DNA of 64,000 nt from an uncultured bacterium. GTDB lineage: Bacteria; Krumholzibacteriota; Krumholzibacteriia; LZORAL124-64-63. This document shows, piece by piece, positions 1 to 9,791 of this stretch. How positions within the stretch are numbered: the stretch's first letter is position 1; every line of letters begins with the position of its first letter. Location of the stretch: contig CAVSZB010000005.1 in the NCBI GenBank assembly GCA_963732385.1, positions 96,001 through 160,000 of the forward strand, in the 5' to 3' direction. The position numbers and the translations under genes were made by a program. Under the pieces are notes generated by a model, which was not told where the DNA came from, made no database searches, and saw nothing but the letters and a program-made list of their open reading frames with translations.

Positions 1-175
1 TGGCCAGCGGGCTCTGCAGGCGGTCGTCCGCCGTAGCTCCGGCCGCAGGATTCGGCTCCTGATCTCCAGGATCCGCCCCGGCGCCCCGCGGCAGGACAGC
101 GATGATGAGCAGGAAGAGAGACGCCACGCCTGCGAAGGTCGACAGGAGGGAGGCGCGGAAACGCACCGGCTGCAT
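1..175 (-). CDS. Secreted protein, 5' part only (runs off the window edge)
   Basis: My own translation is MQPVRFRASLLSTFAGVASLFLLIIAVLPRGAGADPG..., which looks like a signal peptide. An AAGGAG RBS lies upstream and a TGcTACACT extended -10-like motif sits at about 256-264. Not in the ORF track. Confidence 0.6.
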   Translation of the reverse strand, partial: MQPVRFRASLLSTFAGVASLFLLIIAVLPRGAGADPGDQEPNPAAGATADDRLQSPLA

Positions 176-411
176 GGCGCGACTCCTTTGCAGACGCGCG
201 TGTGGCCGAAACGCGGCCGGACGGACAGGGTCGCCGGAGGCGAGATCCAGGCACGAGTGTAGCACGGATGACGAGGGCGCGACAAATCTCCCCGCGATTT
301 GAACCCCTCCCGACCGCGACCGGCATGTGGCGGTGGCGAGGTGGCGGCCGGAGAAGATCAGGGCGGGTCGCTGACGTAGAAACGGGGGCGTCGGGCCGGA
401 AGCTTACGAAC

Positions 412-1449
412 TCATGCTCCACCCGCGCCCCCGGCGGCAGGCGGGTCGGCTTCGTCGCGGTCGGGCCGCGGCCGCAGCCTGCGGTCCGTGAACAGGACGA
501 CAACGGCCGCCAGCGCCATGAGCAGCAGGAGGATGCCAACCGACCGCAGGTAGCGGGCCGGATCGCACATCGCGAAATCGGGCACGGCGTTGAGCGTCGT
601 GTGGACGGCGATCGGCACGAGCAGGCTGCCGCCGCCGCGGATGGTGATCCAGGTGAACAGCACTGTGACCGGCAGCGTCCACGCCTGTCGCAGGATCACC
701 GCGCCGAGTCCTCCCCAGCGGGGGTCCGCCGTCAGGTCGATCGGCGCGTGCCAGAACGCCCACCAGAAGCTGATGATGAGGCTCGCCTCGAACGGACTGC
801 GCGTGCGCAGCAGGCGCGGCAGCCAGACGCCGCGCCACCCCAGCTCCTCGCCGAGCGAGCCGCCGTACAGCAGATTCACGGCGAGCGAGGTGACGATCGC
901 CCCCGCGGCCAGCGGCGACACGGCCACGCCGGCGATCGGCGCCGAGCCGGCCCCGCCGTCGGCCGCCAGCAGCCACGACAGCCAGGCGCAGCCGGCGCAG
1001 GCGAGTGCGCCGCCCGCCGCCCAGACCGCCACTGTCCGCGCCCGCGCCGATCCATCCGGCCACGGCACGAGCCGGTTGCCGCCGCGCGCGAAATGGAACA
1101 GGACCCAGGCACCGAACGCAACGAGCGCCGCCGTCCACCGCGGCCCGATCTCCGCCAGCGACGGGAATCCCCGCGTCGCGATCAGCGCGCCCAGCCCCAC
1201 GGCCGGCAGGTAGACGAGCGCCAGCGTGCGCCAGGCGCGCCGCGCTGCCCCCGCCTCGCTCCACGCGGCGACGATCAGGCCGGCGAAGGCCGGCGCGAAC
1301 ACCCCGACCTGCGCCACCAGCCAGTGGAGGTCCGGCGTCCGGATGTTCGGGCGCCCCAGCGCCCCCGACAGCAGCCAGAGAGGCCACGACAACGCGTACG
1401 TCAGCACGAGGAATACCGCCGTGCCGTGACGGGCGATCAGACGGGTCAT
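412..1449 (-). CDS. CPBP family (CAAX/Abi) intramembrane glutamic endopeptidase
   Basis: Multi-TM protein with EELGWRG, FWWAFWH and HTTLN motifs. A TATAAT lies on the minus strand at 1494-1499. Confidence 0.9.
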   Translation of the reverse strand: MTRLIARHGTAVFLVLTYALSWPLWLLSGALGRPNIRTPDLHWLVAQVGVFAPAFAGLIVAAWSEAGAARRAWRTLALVYLPAVGLGALIATRGFPSLAEIGPRWTAALVAFGAWVLFHFARGGNRLVPWPDGSARARTVAVWAAGGALACAGCAWLSWLLAADGGAGSAPIAGVAVSPLAAGAIVTSLAVNLLYGGSLGEELGWRGVWLPRLLRTRSPFEASLIISFWWAFWHAPIDLTADPRWGGLGAVILRQAWTLPVTVLFTWITIRGGGSLLVPIAVHTTLNAVPDFAMCDPARYLRSVGILLLLMALAAVVVLFTDRRLRPRPDRDEADPPAAGGAGGA

Positions 1450-1732
1450 GTCGCTTCTTTCGCGCCGGGCAACCGGGTCGGGGTCCGGAGCGGATTATAG
1501 GGCGGGACCGGCCGACAGCCGACCCCTGTCTTCAGTCGACCGCGCTCGCACAGCCCGGAATCCGTGACGCGAGCGCGATGCGACCCGTCATGCCGCGCAG
1601 GAGAACCGGCTCCTGCGCGTTGTTGTCTGATGGCACCGGTCGGGACGCTGCCGCCGACGCGCCTGGAGCGGATCACCGGGACCGGAACGACGACGCGCCG
1701 CGATCTTCGGTCCGTTCTGGGGGGAGGACGAA

Positions 1733-2080
1733 ATGCAGACCCTCAAGTTCAGAGTCCTTTTGCTGGCCGGGACCGTGCTGGTCGCCATCTGCGGGGGTTG
1801 CGCGCCCATGCCGTATTACGACGCTGAAGTCGTGGTCTTCGCGCCGGGGCCCGACGTCTATCCGTGCCCGCCGTCCCGGCCGCCCCACGGCAGACCGTCG
1901 GCCACGGGGACCTCGCAGCCGACGCAGCGGGACACCCCCCTCGCTCACGGCCAGATCACGTCCGACTCCGCAACCGGGACCCGCGAATTGCGGCCGGAAG
2001 TCCGGGTCCGGGTTCCGCGTCCCGAGCCGGAAAGCACTCCTGAACGGGTCGCCCCCAGCGGCCGCACCCGCACGCGCTGA
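1733..2080 (+). CDS. Small putative lipoprotein, Pro/Thr/Arg-rich
   Basis: GGAGG RBS, hydrophobic N-terminus ending ICGGC (lipobox-like), low-complexity tail. Confidence 0.55.
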   Translation: MQTLKFRVLLLAGTVLVAICGGCAPMPYYDAEVVVFAPGPDVYPCPPSRPPHGRPSATGTSQPTQRDTPLAHGQITSDSATGTRELRPEVRVRVPRPEPESTPERVAPSGRTRTR

Positions 2081-2109
2081 GACTCCGCCGGCCCCGGCCG
2101 GCACGTAGT

Positions 2110-3894
2110 TCAGTAGTAGTACCAGATCGAGGCGTACTCCTCCAGGTTCTCGCCGAGGGCATCCAGGCGTTCCAGATAGCCGAGGATCGGGACATCGGCG
2201 CCGACGTAGGAGTTGAACTCCGTAATGCCCTTCTCCCAGGAGTGGTACTCGTAGACGCGGGCGCCGTCGGGCAGCACCGAGATGAGATCACGATCCTGGC
2301 TGGAGCGCAGGTAGTTCTTGCCGAGGCCGGGCAGGTTGAAGACCGGCTCGTCGGTGCGGCGCAGGCCCGGCAGGAGCCGGGCCTCCTCCTTCTGTTCCTG
2401 CACGAGGCGCGCGATCGGCACGCGATACGTCCTGGTCTCCTCCTTCCCCTTGGGCGCGAACGTGTAATAGGGATCGATGCCGCAGCGGCGCAGGAGCATG
2501 CGCAGGCGGGCCGCCTCGAAACGGCGTGAGACGAAAAATGTGAACACCAGCTGATTGTAGATGCCGACCCCCTGGCGCCGCAGGCGGTCCACGGCGGCCA
2601 CCAGCTCCGGCGTGATCTCGTACGGGTGCTGCACGTGGGTCACGAGGCAGACTTCGCGCCGTCCCGGCCGCCGCGCCGAGCCGATGATCCGCGCCAGCTT
2701 GTCGGTGATCCTCAGCGGCAGGGTGACCGGAACACGGCTGCCGATCCGGATCAGATCGAGGCTCGGCACGCGATCCAGCCGCTCGAGCAGGGCCGCGATC
2801 GCCTCGTCCGGCATGGCCAGCGGGTCGCCGCCCGTCACGAGCACCTCGCGCACGGAGGGATGCGTTTCGAGCCAGCGGCAGGCCTCCTCCAGGGTCCGGG
2901 CGGACGGGAACGCGTCCGGCGCCATCGCCTCGTCGATCTCCCAGTTGCGCTGGCAATAGACGCAGATCTGCGGGCAGGTGTTGAACGGCTTGAGGATCGC
3001 CACGGCGGGATAGCGACGTGTGACGAGATCGATGGGCGAGGTGTCGCGCTCGAGCATGAAGTCGCACGCCTGATCCTGGGCGCCGCGGTGCGCGGTCATC
3101 TCGCGCACGTAATCGCGGGGCGGCAGCACCTGCGCGCGCAGGGACCGGTCGCGTCCTGCCTCCGGATCGTCGTCCAGAAGCGCGGCGTAGAAGGGGGTGA
3201 CGCCGAACGGCAATGCCGCCGCGCGGGCCGCGCGCGCGCTCGCCAGCTCCTCCGCGCTCAGGGTGGCCGCGCGCGCAAGCTGGTCCGGTTCGACGATCAC
3301 GTTGGCGAGGTGCCAGCGCCAGTCGGACCAGTCGGCCGCGCTGCCGCCGAGCGCCTGCAGCACCTTCTCACGTCGGGCGGCGCGGCGCGCGATCGCCTCC
3401 GCCGCCAGTCCGTCGGCGTACCGCGCCATCGTGGTCTCGACCCGGTCCCAGAGCAGATCGAGATCGTCGGAACGTGCGCGCGATGCCTCGCGGCCGGCCA
3501 GCGGCGGCCGCGGCTCCGGCTCGGGCGGAGCCTGGTTCAGCCAGGCCGCCAGACCACGCGCCAGGGCGAGCATCTCGGCGTAGAAGCCCGGGGTGAGATC
3601 GGGGCGCGGCCGGCCGCGCGCCAGATCCCACAGGGCCCCGGCCACGCTGAAGCCCGAGAGTTTTTCGGAGTTCTCCGTCAGCATGCCGCGCAGGGCGCGG
3701 GCGCAGTCGCGCGCCCGCACGTAGCGCAGGCTCTCGTGGCCGGCGCTCGCTTCCATGACATCATGCTGGAGTCGGGTCACCAGAACGTACAGGCGGCGGC
3801 GGGCCGTGGCCGATGTGGCGCAGTCGGCAATGCGGACGAGCAGAGGGGCGGCCTCCGCGAGGAAGGTCGCGCGGTCGGTGCCGGGGATCGGCAT
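2110..3894 (-). CDS. KamA (lysine 2,3-aminomutase) family radical SAM protein with N-terminal extension
   Basis: DWRWHL, TRRYP, CPQICVYC, TGGDPL, RIGSRVP, THVQHP and PGLGK motifs. Confidence 0.88.
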   Translation of the reverse strand: MPIPGTDRATFLAEAAPLLVRIADCATSATARRRLYVLVTRLQHDVMEASAGHESLRYVRARDCARALRGMLTENSEKLSGFSVAGALWDLARGRPRPDLTPGFYAEMLALARGLAAWLNQAPPEPEPRPPLAGREASRARSDDLDLLWDRVETTMARYADGLAAEAIARRAARREKVLQALGGSAADWSDWRWHLANVIVEPDQLARAATLSAEELASARAARAAALPFGVTPFYAALLDDDPEAGRDRSLRAQVLPPRDYVREMTAHRGAQDQACDFMLERDTSPIDLVTRRYPAVAILKPFNTCPQICVYCQRNWEIDEAMAPDAFPSARTLEEACRWLETHPSVREVLVTGGDPLAMPDEAIAALLERLDRVPSLDLIRIGSRVPVTLPLRITDKLARIIGSARRPGRREVCLVTHVQHPYEITPELVAAVDRLRRQGVGIYNQLVFTFFVSRRFEAARLRMLLRRCGIDPYYTFAPKGKEETRTYRVPIARLVQEQKEEARLLPGLRRTDEPVFNLPGLGKNYLRSSQDRDLISVLPDGARVYEYHSWEKGITEFNSYVGADVPILGYLERLDALGENLEEYASIWYYY

Positions 3895-4040
3895 CGGGCA
3901 TCTCTCCTGTGCGCTTGCCGGTGAGGAGCCGGCGACGAGGGCTCCGTTCGGAATCGCCCGGGAGAGGGCGCGACGGAGGCCGTTACGTGTAGAGTAGCGC
4001 GAACGACGGCCCGGGGCAACGCCAGCCCGGACAAACGAAC

Positions 4041-4065
4041 GGGGGCGGCGTCCGCCGCCGCCCCC
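4041..4065 (-). terminator. Probable intrinsic terminator
   Basis: 10-bp stem GGGGGCGGCG-N5-CGCCGCCCCC followed by GTTCGTTTGT on the minus strand, just after the stop at 4091. Confidence 0.55.
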
Positions 4066-4090
4066 CTCCGCACTTCGGACGGTGTCCGCC

Positions 4091-5302
4091 TCAGGGCAGC
4101 AGCGTTCCGCCCCATTCGACGACCGTCGCGCCGTTTCTCACGAACGTATTCACCGGCGGCTCCGGCAGCGTCTCGCGCGTATCGCACCCCTGGAAAACGA
4201 ACCACAGCCGCAGCAGCGAAGCGGGCGTCGGCGTGATGGCGAGTTCGACCCAGGGATCCAGGTCCGCCCCCACGAGGGGATGCACCCGATAGAAGGGCCG
4301 CTGGCCGAGCCTCTCGAGCCAGTAGACGAGGAAATCGCGCCGCTCGGCCGCGGTGAGACCGTATCGGGTCAGCAGAGCGTCCAGACCCGGCTCCAGGTCG
4401 GCCGCGGCCAGGCACCACCCCCGGGACAGGGCCGGCAGACGCGACAGGGAGGCCTCGTAGAAGAGATAGTCGTACCGGTCGTTGATGCGCCCGGTCGGCT
4501 CGACCTGCACGACCCAGCCCTGGCCGTAGTCGGGAATGCTCCTGGTCAGGCGCGTCCCCTGGTGCAGGGCGAGACAGACCTGAAAGCGGCCGGCCGTCTC
4601 CGGATAGATGTAGATGGCCGGCTTGTCGACATTGATGTCCTGCAGCCAGAGCGTGTCTAGTCCCGCGGCCGAAAGACCGTCGCAGAAGAAAACGTCGCTC
4701 TCCGCCGACACGAACGCGGGTCCGGTCTCCCCGGTCGCCAGCGTGGCCGACACACAGTAGTTGCCCGTGGCCACCGTCGTGAAGGCATACGCACCGTCAG
4801 CCGCCGCCAGCGTGCTGTCGGTGGCCACGAAACGCGCGCCGGCGAGGCGATGGAGTTTCACGCTGGCCTGCCCGGCCGGCTCTCCGGTGATCCCTTGCAT
4901 CGCCGTCCCGCCGACCTCTCCGGCCACATCGATCGCCTGCAGCCGCAGACACAGATCTCCAGCGATCTTTCCGTCGACCGTCACCGGCGCCGAGCACGGG
5001 CTGACATAGGAGGGACGCGCAGCGTAAAGCGTATAAGATCCGCCATTGAGACCGCCGAACGCAAAACGACCGCGAAAATCGGCGAGGGTGCTGTCGATAA
5101 CGGTCACGTACGGAGCGAACCACGAGATGAGCGGCAGCAGGTACACGGTCGTGCCTTCGGGAGAAGCAAGCGGAGCGGGCATCTCGATCGTGCCGGTGAT
5201 GTCGGGGGGCGTGGTTCCGGTGGGGGTGCTGTCGCAGCCTGCGGCCAGCAGAGCGCCGATGAGGACGAGGAGGACGAGGGTGAATATCGGTCGGTAATTC
5301 AT
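4091..5302 (-). CDS. Lipoprotein with two carboxypeptidase-regulatory-like beta domains and a C-terminal KP(V/A)IY(L/I)YP...VVEWGG domain
   Basis: Start MNYRPIF... at 5302 after a GAGGGAG RBS. Lipobox LAAGC, plus KPAIYIYP, YLFYEA and VVEWGG motifs. Confidence 0.75.
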   Translation of the reverse strand: MNYRPIFTLVLLVLIGALLAAGCDSTPTGTTPPDITGTIEMPAPLASPEGTTVYLLPLISWFAPYVTVIDSTLADFRGRFAFGGLNGGSYTLYAARPSYVSPCSAPVTVDGKIAGDLCLRLQAIDVAGEVGGTAMQGITGEPAGQASVKLHRLAGARFVATDSTLAAADGAYAFTTVATGNYCVSATLATGETGPAFVSAESDVFFCDGLSAAGLDTLWLQDINVDKPAIYIYPETAGRFQVCLALHQGTRLTRSIPDYGQGWVVQVEPTGRINDRYDYLFYEASLSRLPALSRGWCLAAADLEPGLDALLTRYGLTAAERRDFLVYWLERLGQRPFYRVHPLVGADLDPWVELAITPTPASLLRLWFVFQGCDTRETLPEPPVNTFVRNGATVVEWGGTLLP

Positions 5303-5457
5303 GGCATCTCCCTCTGCGATGCCGCGCACCAGGCTGGGCGACGCCCGCTCCACGGCGGTCCGGGGGACAAGGATCCCCCTGAAGATTCCCCCGCCAAAAC
5401 GTACGGGATGCCCGGCATTCGCGCCAGCCCGGGAGGGCGACCGGCGCCGGGCCGTCC

Positions 5458-5835
5458 CTATGACTCCGGTGTCGGCCGATCCGAAGTCGGCAGCTCGTGC
5501 TGCCGCAGAAAGGAAAGCTGGTCCCAATACCCGCGCTGGAAACGGATGCGACCACCAACGACGTGGAAGAATCCGCATCCCCGAAGTCCCCCGGGGTCCC
5601 GCCATTCGAGAATCGCCCAGTCGCCGTCCGCGAAGAGATTCTCCACGATGCACACCATCTCCGCCCGCGCGAATTCGCGCTGAAACATGGCCGCGATGGC
5701 GGCCCGCCCTGCGGTGGGCTCCCACATGACCTGGTGGTTGATCGCGTCATCCTCGTAGAGTGCGGCGAGGCCCGCAACATCGGCGCGATTGAAAGCATCG
5801 ACCCACGCGCGAACAACGTCTTTCGGTGCTTGCAT
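5458..5835 (-). CDS. SnoaL-like / NTF2 family protein
   Basis: 125 aa with WVDAFN..D...LAALYEDDA, LEWRDP and GCGFF..RGYWD motifs. Confidence 0.85.
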   Translation of the reverse strand: MQAPKDVVRAWVDAFNRADVAGLAALYEDDAINHQVMWEPTAGRAAIAAMFQREFARAEMVCIVENLFADGDWAILEWRDPGGLRGCGFFHVVGGRIRFQRGYWDQLSFLRQHELPTSDRPTPES

Positions 5836-5879
5836 CTCTCTCCCGGCGGCAGACTTCCATCTCCCGCGGATGGCCTGGT

Positions 5880-6118
5880 TGGTTCGCCGATGTGCTCGAG
5901 GATCCGCGCGGATTCGCCGCGATCGACCGGGAACTCATCCGCGTCTTCGCCAGCCAGTTGGCGGTGTCGCTGGAGAATCTACGTCTCAGCCACGAGATCG
6001 TCGAGCCCCAGAAGGAGGCCGTCCTCACGCTCGGCGGCGTAATCGAAACCCGCTCCAAGGAGACCGCGGGCACGTGCCGCGCATCGTGGAGTGCGCGGCC
6101 CTGCTCCGGATGGTGTGA
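5880..6118 (+). pseudogene. Remnant of a DUF3369/HD-GYP response-regulator phosphodiesterase
   Basis: One frame reads ELIRVFASQLAVSLENLRLSHEIVEPQKEAVLTLGGVIETRSKETAG. After a frameshift near 6070 it continues HVPRIVECAALL and stops. No clear start and no HD core. Confidence 0.65.
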
Positions 6119-6332
6119 CGCCGGCCGGCGGGCAGCCGCCGTTCCCGCTCCCCAGCGCACGCAACACAACGGATGACTCCGGGACCCCTCTGCTCTATAA
6201 TGATCCGTCGGTCGACCATGGTCGGCCAAAGTGTAGATGCGGGGGAAGGCATGAGCCTCGCTCGGCTGCTGCACGCCCGCAGCGCCAGACCGGGCTTCCA
6301 ATGCTGATCGTGCGGGCCGGAGGGATCGGACC

Positions 6333-9300
6333 ATGATACCGTCCCGACCCGGCATCGACCTGCGCTCCTCTCTGCTCTACGCGCTGCTCGGCGGCGCGTG
6401 GATCCTCTTCTCGGACCGCCTCTTACTCTCTATGAGCCGCGATCCCGTGGCGTTTGCGCGCGTGCATAGCTGGGAGGGCTGGGTCTTCGTGCTCGGCAGT
6501 GCGCTCTTCATCTTTGCTCTCCTGCGGGTCGAATTGATCAGGCGTCACCGCACCGAAACCGCCCTGTACGCCAGAGAGGAACGTTTCCGCCACATCGCCG
6601 AGCGGATTTCCGACGTCGTCTCCGTCTGGGACGAACGGTCGCGCATCACCTACGTCTCGCCTTCGGTCACCCGCGTGCTGGGATACGAACCGCAGGAGAT
6701 CCTCGCCTGGCGCAACCCGTCCGCTTTCATCCACGCGGAGAGCCAACCGGACTTCAAGGCCCTCCGGGAGAGGATCCTGACCGGGGCCGTCTCAGACATC
6801 GAGCGACTGGAAATCCGCTTCAAGCGCAAGGACGGGACCTGGGCCTGGCTGGATCTGGAGGCCACGCCGTTCCAGGCCGACAAACGGTTCGGGGGCCTGC
6901 AGGTCATCGCCCGCGACGTCACCGAACGCAAACTGGCGGAGGATGCGCTGCGCCAGAGCGCACGCAGCTATCGGGGCATTTTCAATGCCGCCACGGACGC
7001 CATCTTCGTGCACGACGCCGCGACCGGGACCATTCTCGACGTCAACGACGCCGCACTGCGCCTGTTCGAGGTCGACCGGGCGGAAGCTCTGAACCTGACT
7101 CCCGACGCGGCCAACCTCGGCGTCAGCCCCTATTCGGCGGTCGAGGCGAGACAGTGGATGGCCAGGGCGATCGCCGAGGGACCCCAGCTGTTCGAGTGGC
7201 TGGCCAGGAAGAAGAGCGGCGAGCTGTTCTGGGTCGAAACCGCCCTGAAATGCGCCGAACTTGACGGTCAGCAACGCGTGCTGGCGCTCGTGCGCGACAT
7301 CAGCGAGCGCAAGCGCACCGCGGAGGTGTTGCAGGAGAAGCACGAGGAACTGGAGCGCTTCTTCGGCCTCACGCTCGATCTGATGTGCATCGCCGACATG
7401 GACGGCCACCTCCTGCGCGTGAACCATTCCTGGAAACTGATGCTCGGCCATGATCTGCAGCAGATGCAGGGGCGGAAGTTCCTCGAGTTCATCCACCCCG
7501 ATGATGTCCAACCGACGCTCCAGGCGATCGCCGCCCTGTCCGCGGGCCGGGATGTTGTCGACTTCAGCAATCGATATCGCGGCCAGGACGGCAGCTACCG
7601 CTGGATCGAGTGGCGCGCGACCCCCTATCAGGGCAGGCTGATCTACGCCGTGGCCCGCGACATCACAGAGCGCAAGCGCGCGGAACACCAGTTGATCCTG
7701 CAGCGCGATCTCGGCCTCGCCCTGGGCAACTCCCGCGACCTGGCCGAAACGGTGCGGCTCTGCGCCGAGGCGGGAATCGCCACGTCCGGCCTGGAATGCG
7801 GCGGCGTCTATCTGGTGAACCGGGCCACCGGCCTGTTCGAGCTGGCCTATCACCACGGCTGTTCCGAAGCCTTTGCGCGGACCGCGCGCCACTACGAACC
7901 CGACGCAAACCAGGCCCGGCTTTTCCGGGAGGGGCAAGCATTCTATGCCAACTTCCGCGAACTCCCCCCGCCCGCGGCCGCGTCGGGGTTGCGCGAAGGT
8001 CTCAAGGCCCTCGCCATCTGTCCCATCCGGCAGCACAACCAGGTCATCGGTTCGCTCAACCTCGCCTCGCACGTCCACGAAAGCGTGCCGGAATTCTCCC
8101 GCGCCGCCCTCGAGGCCATCGCCGGCCAGGTCAGCCAGGCCATCGCCCGCGACCAGACCCTGGCGGCGCTGCAGGCCAGCGAGCGCAGCTACCGGGAGAT
8201 CTTCAACGGTGCGGACGACGCCATCTACGTGCACGACTCAGTCACCGGCGCCATCATCGACGCCAACGCCTCGATGCGCATCATGTTCGGATTCGGCGAC
8301 GGGGATATTTCGGGCTTGAACCTCGATGAAGTCAGCCTCGGCACCAGTCCCTACTCGGCGGTGGAGGGCGAGCAGTGGCTGGTGAAGGCCGCCACGGAGG
8401 GCCCGCAGCGATTCGAGTGGCTGTCCCGGAAGAAGAGCGGCGAGCTGTTCTGGGTGGAGGTGTCCCTCAAGAGCGCTCAAATCGCCGGGCAACCGCGACT
8501 GCTGGCCCTGGTGCGCGACATCACGCAGCGCAAGCAGACCGAGGAGGCGCTGGCTCGCGAGCGGCTCTTCACCAATGCGGTGCTCGACAGCGTGCCCGGC
8601 CTGCTCTACCTGTACGATGAGAAGGGTCGGCTGGTCCGCTGGAACCGGCGGCACGAGGAGATGACCGGCTACTCGGGCGAGGAACTGCGCGACCGGTACC
8701 TGCTCGACTGGTTCGAAGGCGAGGACAGGGCGCAGGTCGCGCGGGGCATTTTGCGCGGCGGACATGACAGGCACACGAGCGTCGAGGCGAACCTGAAAAC
8801 GAAAGACGGCCGGCAGGTGCCCTTCCTCTTCACTGCCGTACCCCTGGTCATCGACGGGCGGCAATACGTCACCGGCATCGGCCTCGACATCAGCGAGCGC
8901 AGGCGGACAGATGAGGAGTTGCGGCAGCTCCGGCAGGAACTGGCGCACGTGGGGCGCACGCTCACGCTCGGCGAGCTTGGCTCCTCCATCGCGCACGAAC
9001 TCAACCAGCCGCTCACGACGATCCTCAGCAATGCCCAGGCCGCCCGGAACTTTCTTGACCGCGACCCGGTCGATCTCGGGGAGGTGCGGCACGCACTGGC
9101 CGACATCGAACGCGCGGACCGCCATGCAGGCGAGGTCATCCAGCGCCTGCGCAATTACATCGGCCGCAAGGAGGCCCCGCACGAGCTGGTGGATCTGAGC
9201 CAGGCGATCCGTGACGTGCTGCGCCTCGTCCGCGCCGAGGCCGCGTCGCGCGACATCATGACGATCGCCCACCTCGCGCTCAATCTGCCGCTCGTCTGCG

Positions 9301-9650
9301 GCGACCGCGTGGCGCTGCAGCAGGTGCTGCTGAATCTGATCGTCAACGCCTTCGACGCGGTGCGCCAGGTCCCTCCGTCCGAGCGCCAGGTGACCGTGCG
9401 CAGCCAGCGCGAGGAAGGCGACACGGTCGCGGTCACCGTCAGCGACACCGGGCCGGTCCTGGCGCCGCACGTGCAGGAGATGCTGTTCGAGCCGTTCTTC
9501 ACGACCAAGCCTGACGGACTCGGCCTGGGACTGTCACTGAGCCGTTCGCTCGTCGAGGCGCACGGCGGCCAGGCGTGGGCCGCCCCTCACCCGGAAGGCG
9601 GCATGACCTTCGGCTTCCGCCTGCCGATCGCCCGGAAGAACCCGGCCTGA
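6333..9650 (+). CDS. Membrane-bound multi-PAS/PAC + GAF sensor histidine kinase
   Basis: Two N-terminal TMs, five PAS/PAC units (RDVTERK, RDISERK, RDITERK, RDITQRK, LDISERR) and a GAF domain. H-box AHELNQP, N-box QVLLNLIVNA, F-box FEPFFTTK and G2 GLGLGL. Confidence 0.93.
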   Translation: MIPSRPGIDLRSSLLYALLGGAWILFSDRLLLSMSRDPVAFARVHSWEGWVFVLGSALFIFALLRVELIRRHRTETALYAREERFRHIAERISDVVSVWDERSRITYVSPSVTRVLGYEPQEILAWRNPSAFIHAESQPDFKALRERILTGAVSDIERLEIRFKRKDGTWAWLDLEATPFQADKRFGGLQVIARDVTERKLAEDALRQSARSYRGIFNAATDAIFVHDAATGTILDVNDAALRLFEVDRAEALNLTPDAANLGVSPYSAVEARQWMARAIAEGPQLFEWLARKKSGELFWVETALKCAELDGQQRVLALVRDISERKRTAEVLQEKHEELERFFGLTLDLMCIADMDGHLLRVNHSWKLMLGHDLQQMQGRKFLEFIHPDDVQPTLQAIAALSAGRDVVDFSNRYRGQDGSYRWIEWRATPYQGRLIYAVARDITERKRAEHQLILQRDLGLALGNSRDLAETVRLCAEAGIATSGLECGGVYLVNRATGLFELAYHHGCSEAFARTARHYEPDANQARLFREGQAFYANFRELPPPAAASGLREGLKALAICPIRQHNQVIGSLNLASHVHESVPEFSRAALEAIAGQVSQAIARDQTLAALQASERSYREIFNGADDAIYVHDSVTGAIIDANASMRIMFGFGDGDISGLNLDEVSLGTSPYSAVEGEQWLVKAATEGPQRFEWLSRKKSGELFWVEVSLKSAQIAGQPRLLALVRDITQRKQTEEALARERLFTNAVLDSVPGLLYLYDEKGRLVRWNRRHEEMTGYSGEELRDRYLLDWFEGEDRAQVARGILRGGHDRHTSVEANLKTKDGRQVPFLFTAVPLVIDGRQYVTGIGLDISERRRTDEELRQLRQELAHVGRTLTLGELGSSIAHELNQPLTTILSNAQAARNFLDRDPVDLGEVRHALADIERADRHAGEVIQRLRNYIGRKEAPHELVDLSQAIRDVLRLVRAEAASRDIMTIAHLALNLPLVCGDRVALQQVLLNLIVNAFDAVRQVPPSERQVTVRSQREEGDTVAVTVSDTGPVLAPHVQEMLFEPFFTTKPDGLGLGLSLSRSLVEAHGGQAWAAPHPEGGMTFGFRLPIARKNPA

Positions 9651-9791
9651 CCGGCCACTTCCCACCGGTGGCCCAGGTGCGCTGCAGGCTGTTGCCTCGC
9701 CTGCATTGACCGACCGGGGCCGGATCGGCTAGATTCGCGCCCATACCCCGACGTCACAACGCCACCCGTTCCCGGGTGCCTGCCAAGGGAG

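Noticed and set aside
412..1449. CPBP protease as the RiPP immunity gene
   Set aside because: It is about 35 kb from the cluster with housekeeping genes in between, and there is no evidence of linkage.
1733..2113. Selenocysteine read-through of TGA stops, prompted by selB
   Set aside because: The TGA stops I examined give no conserved continuation or Cys-equivalent context. This was not an exhaustive check.
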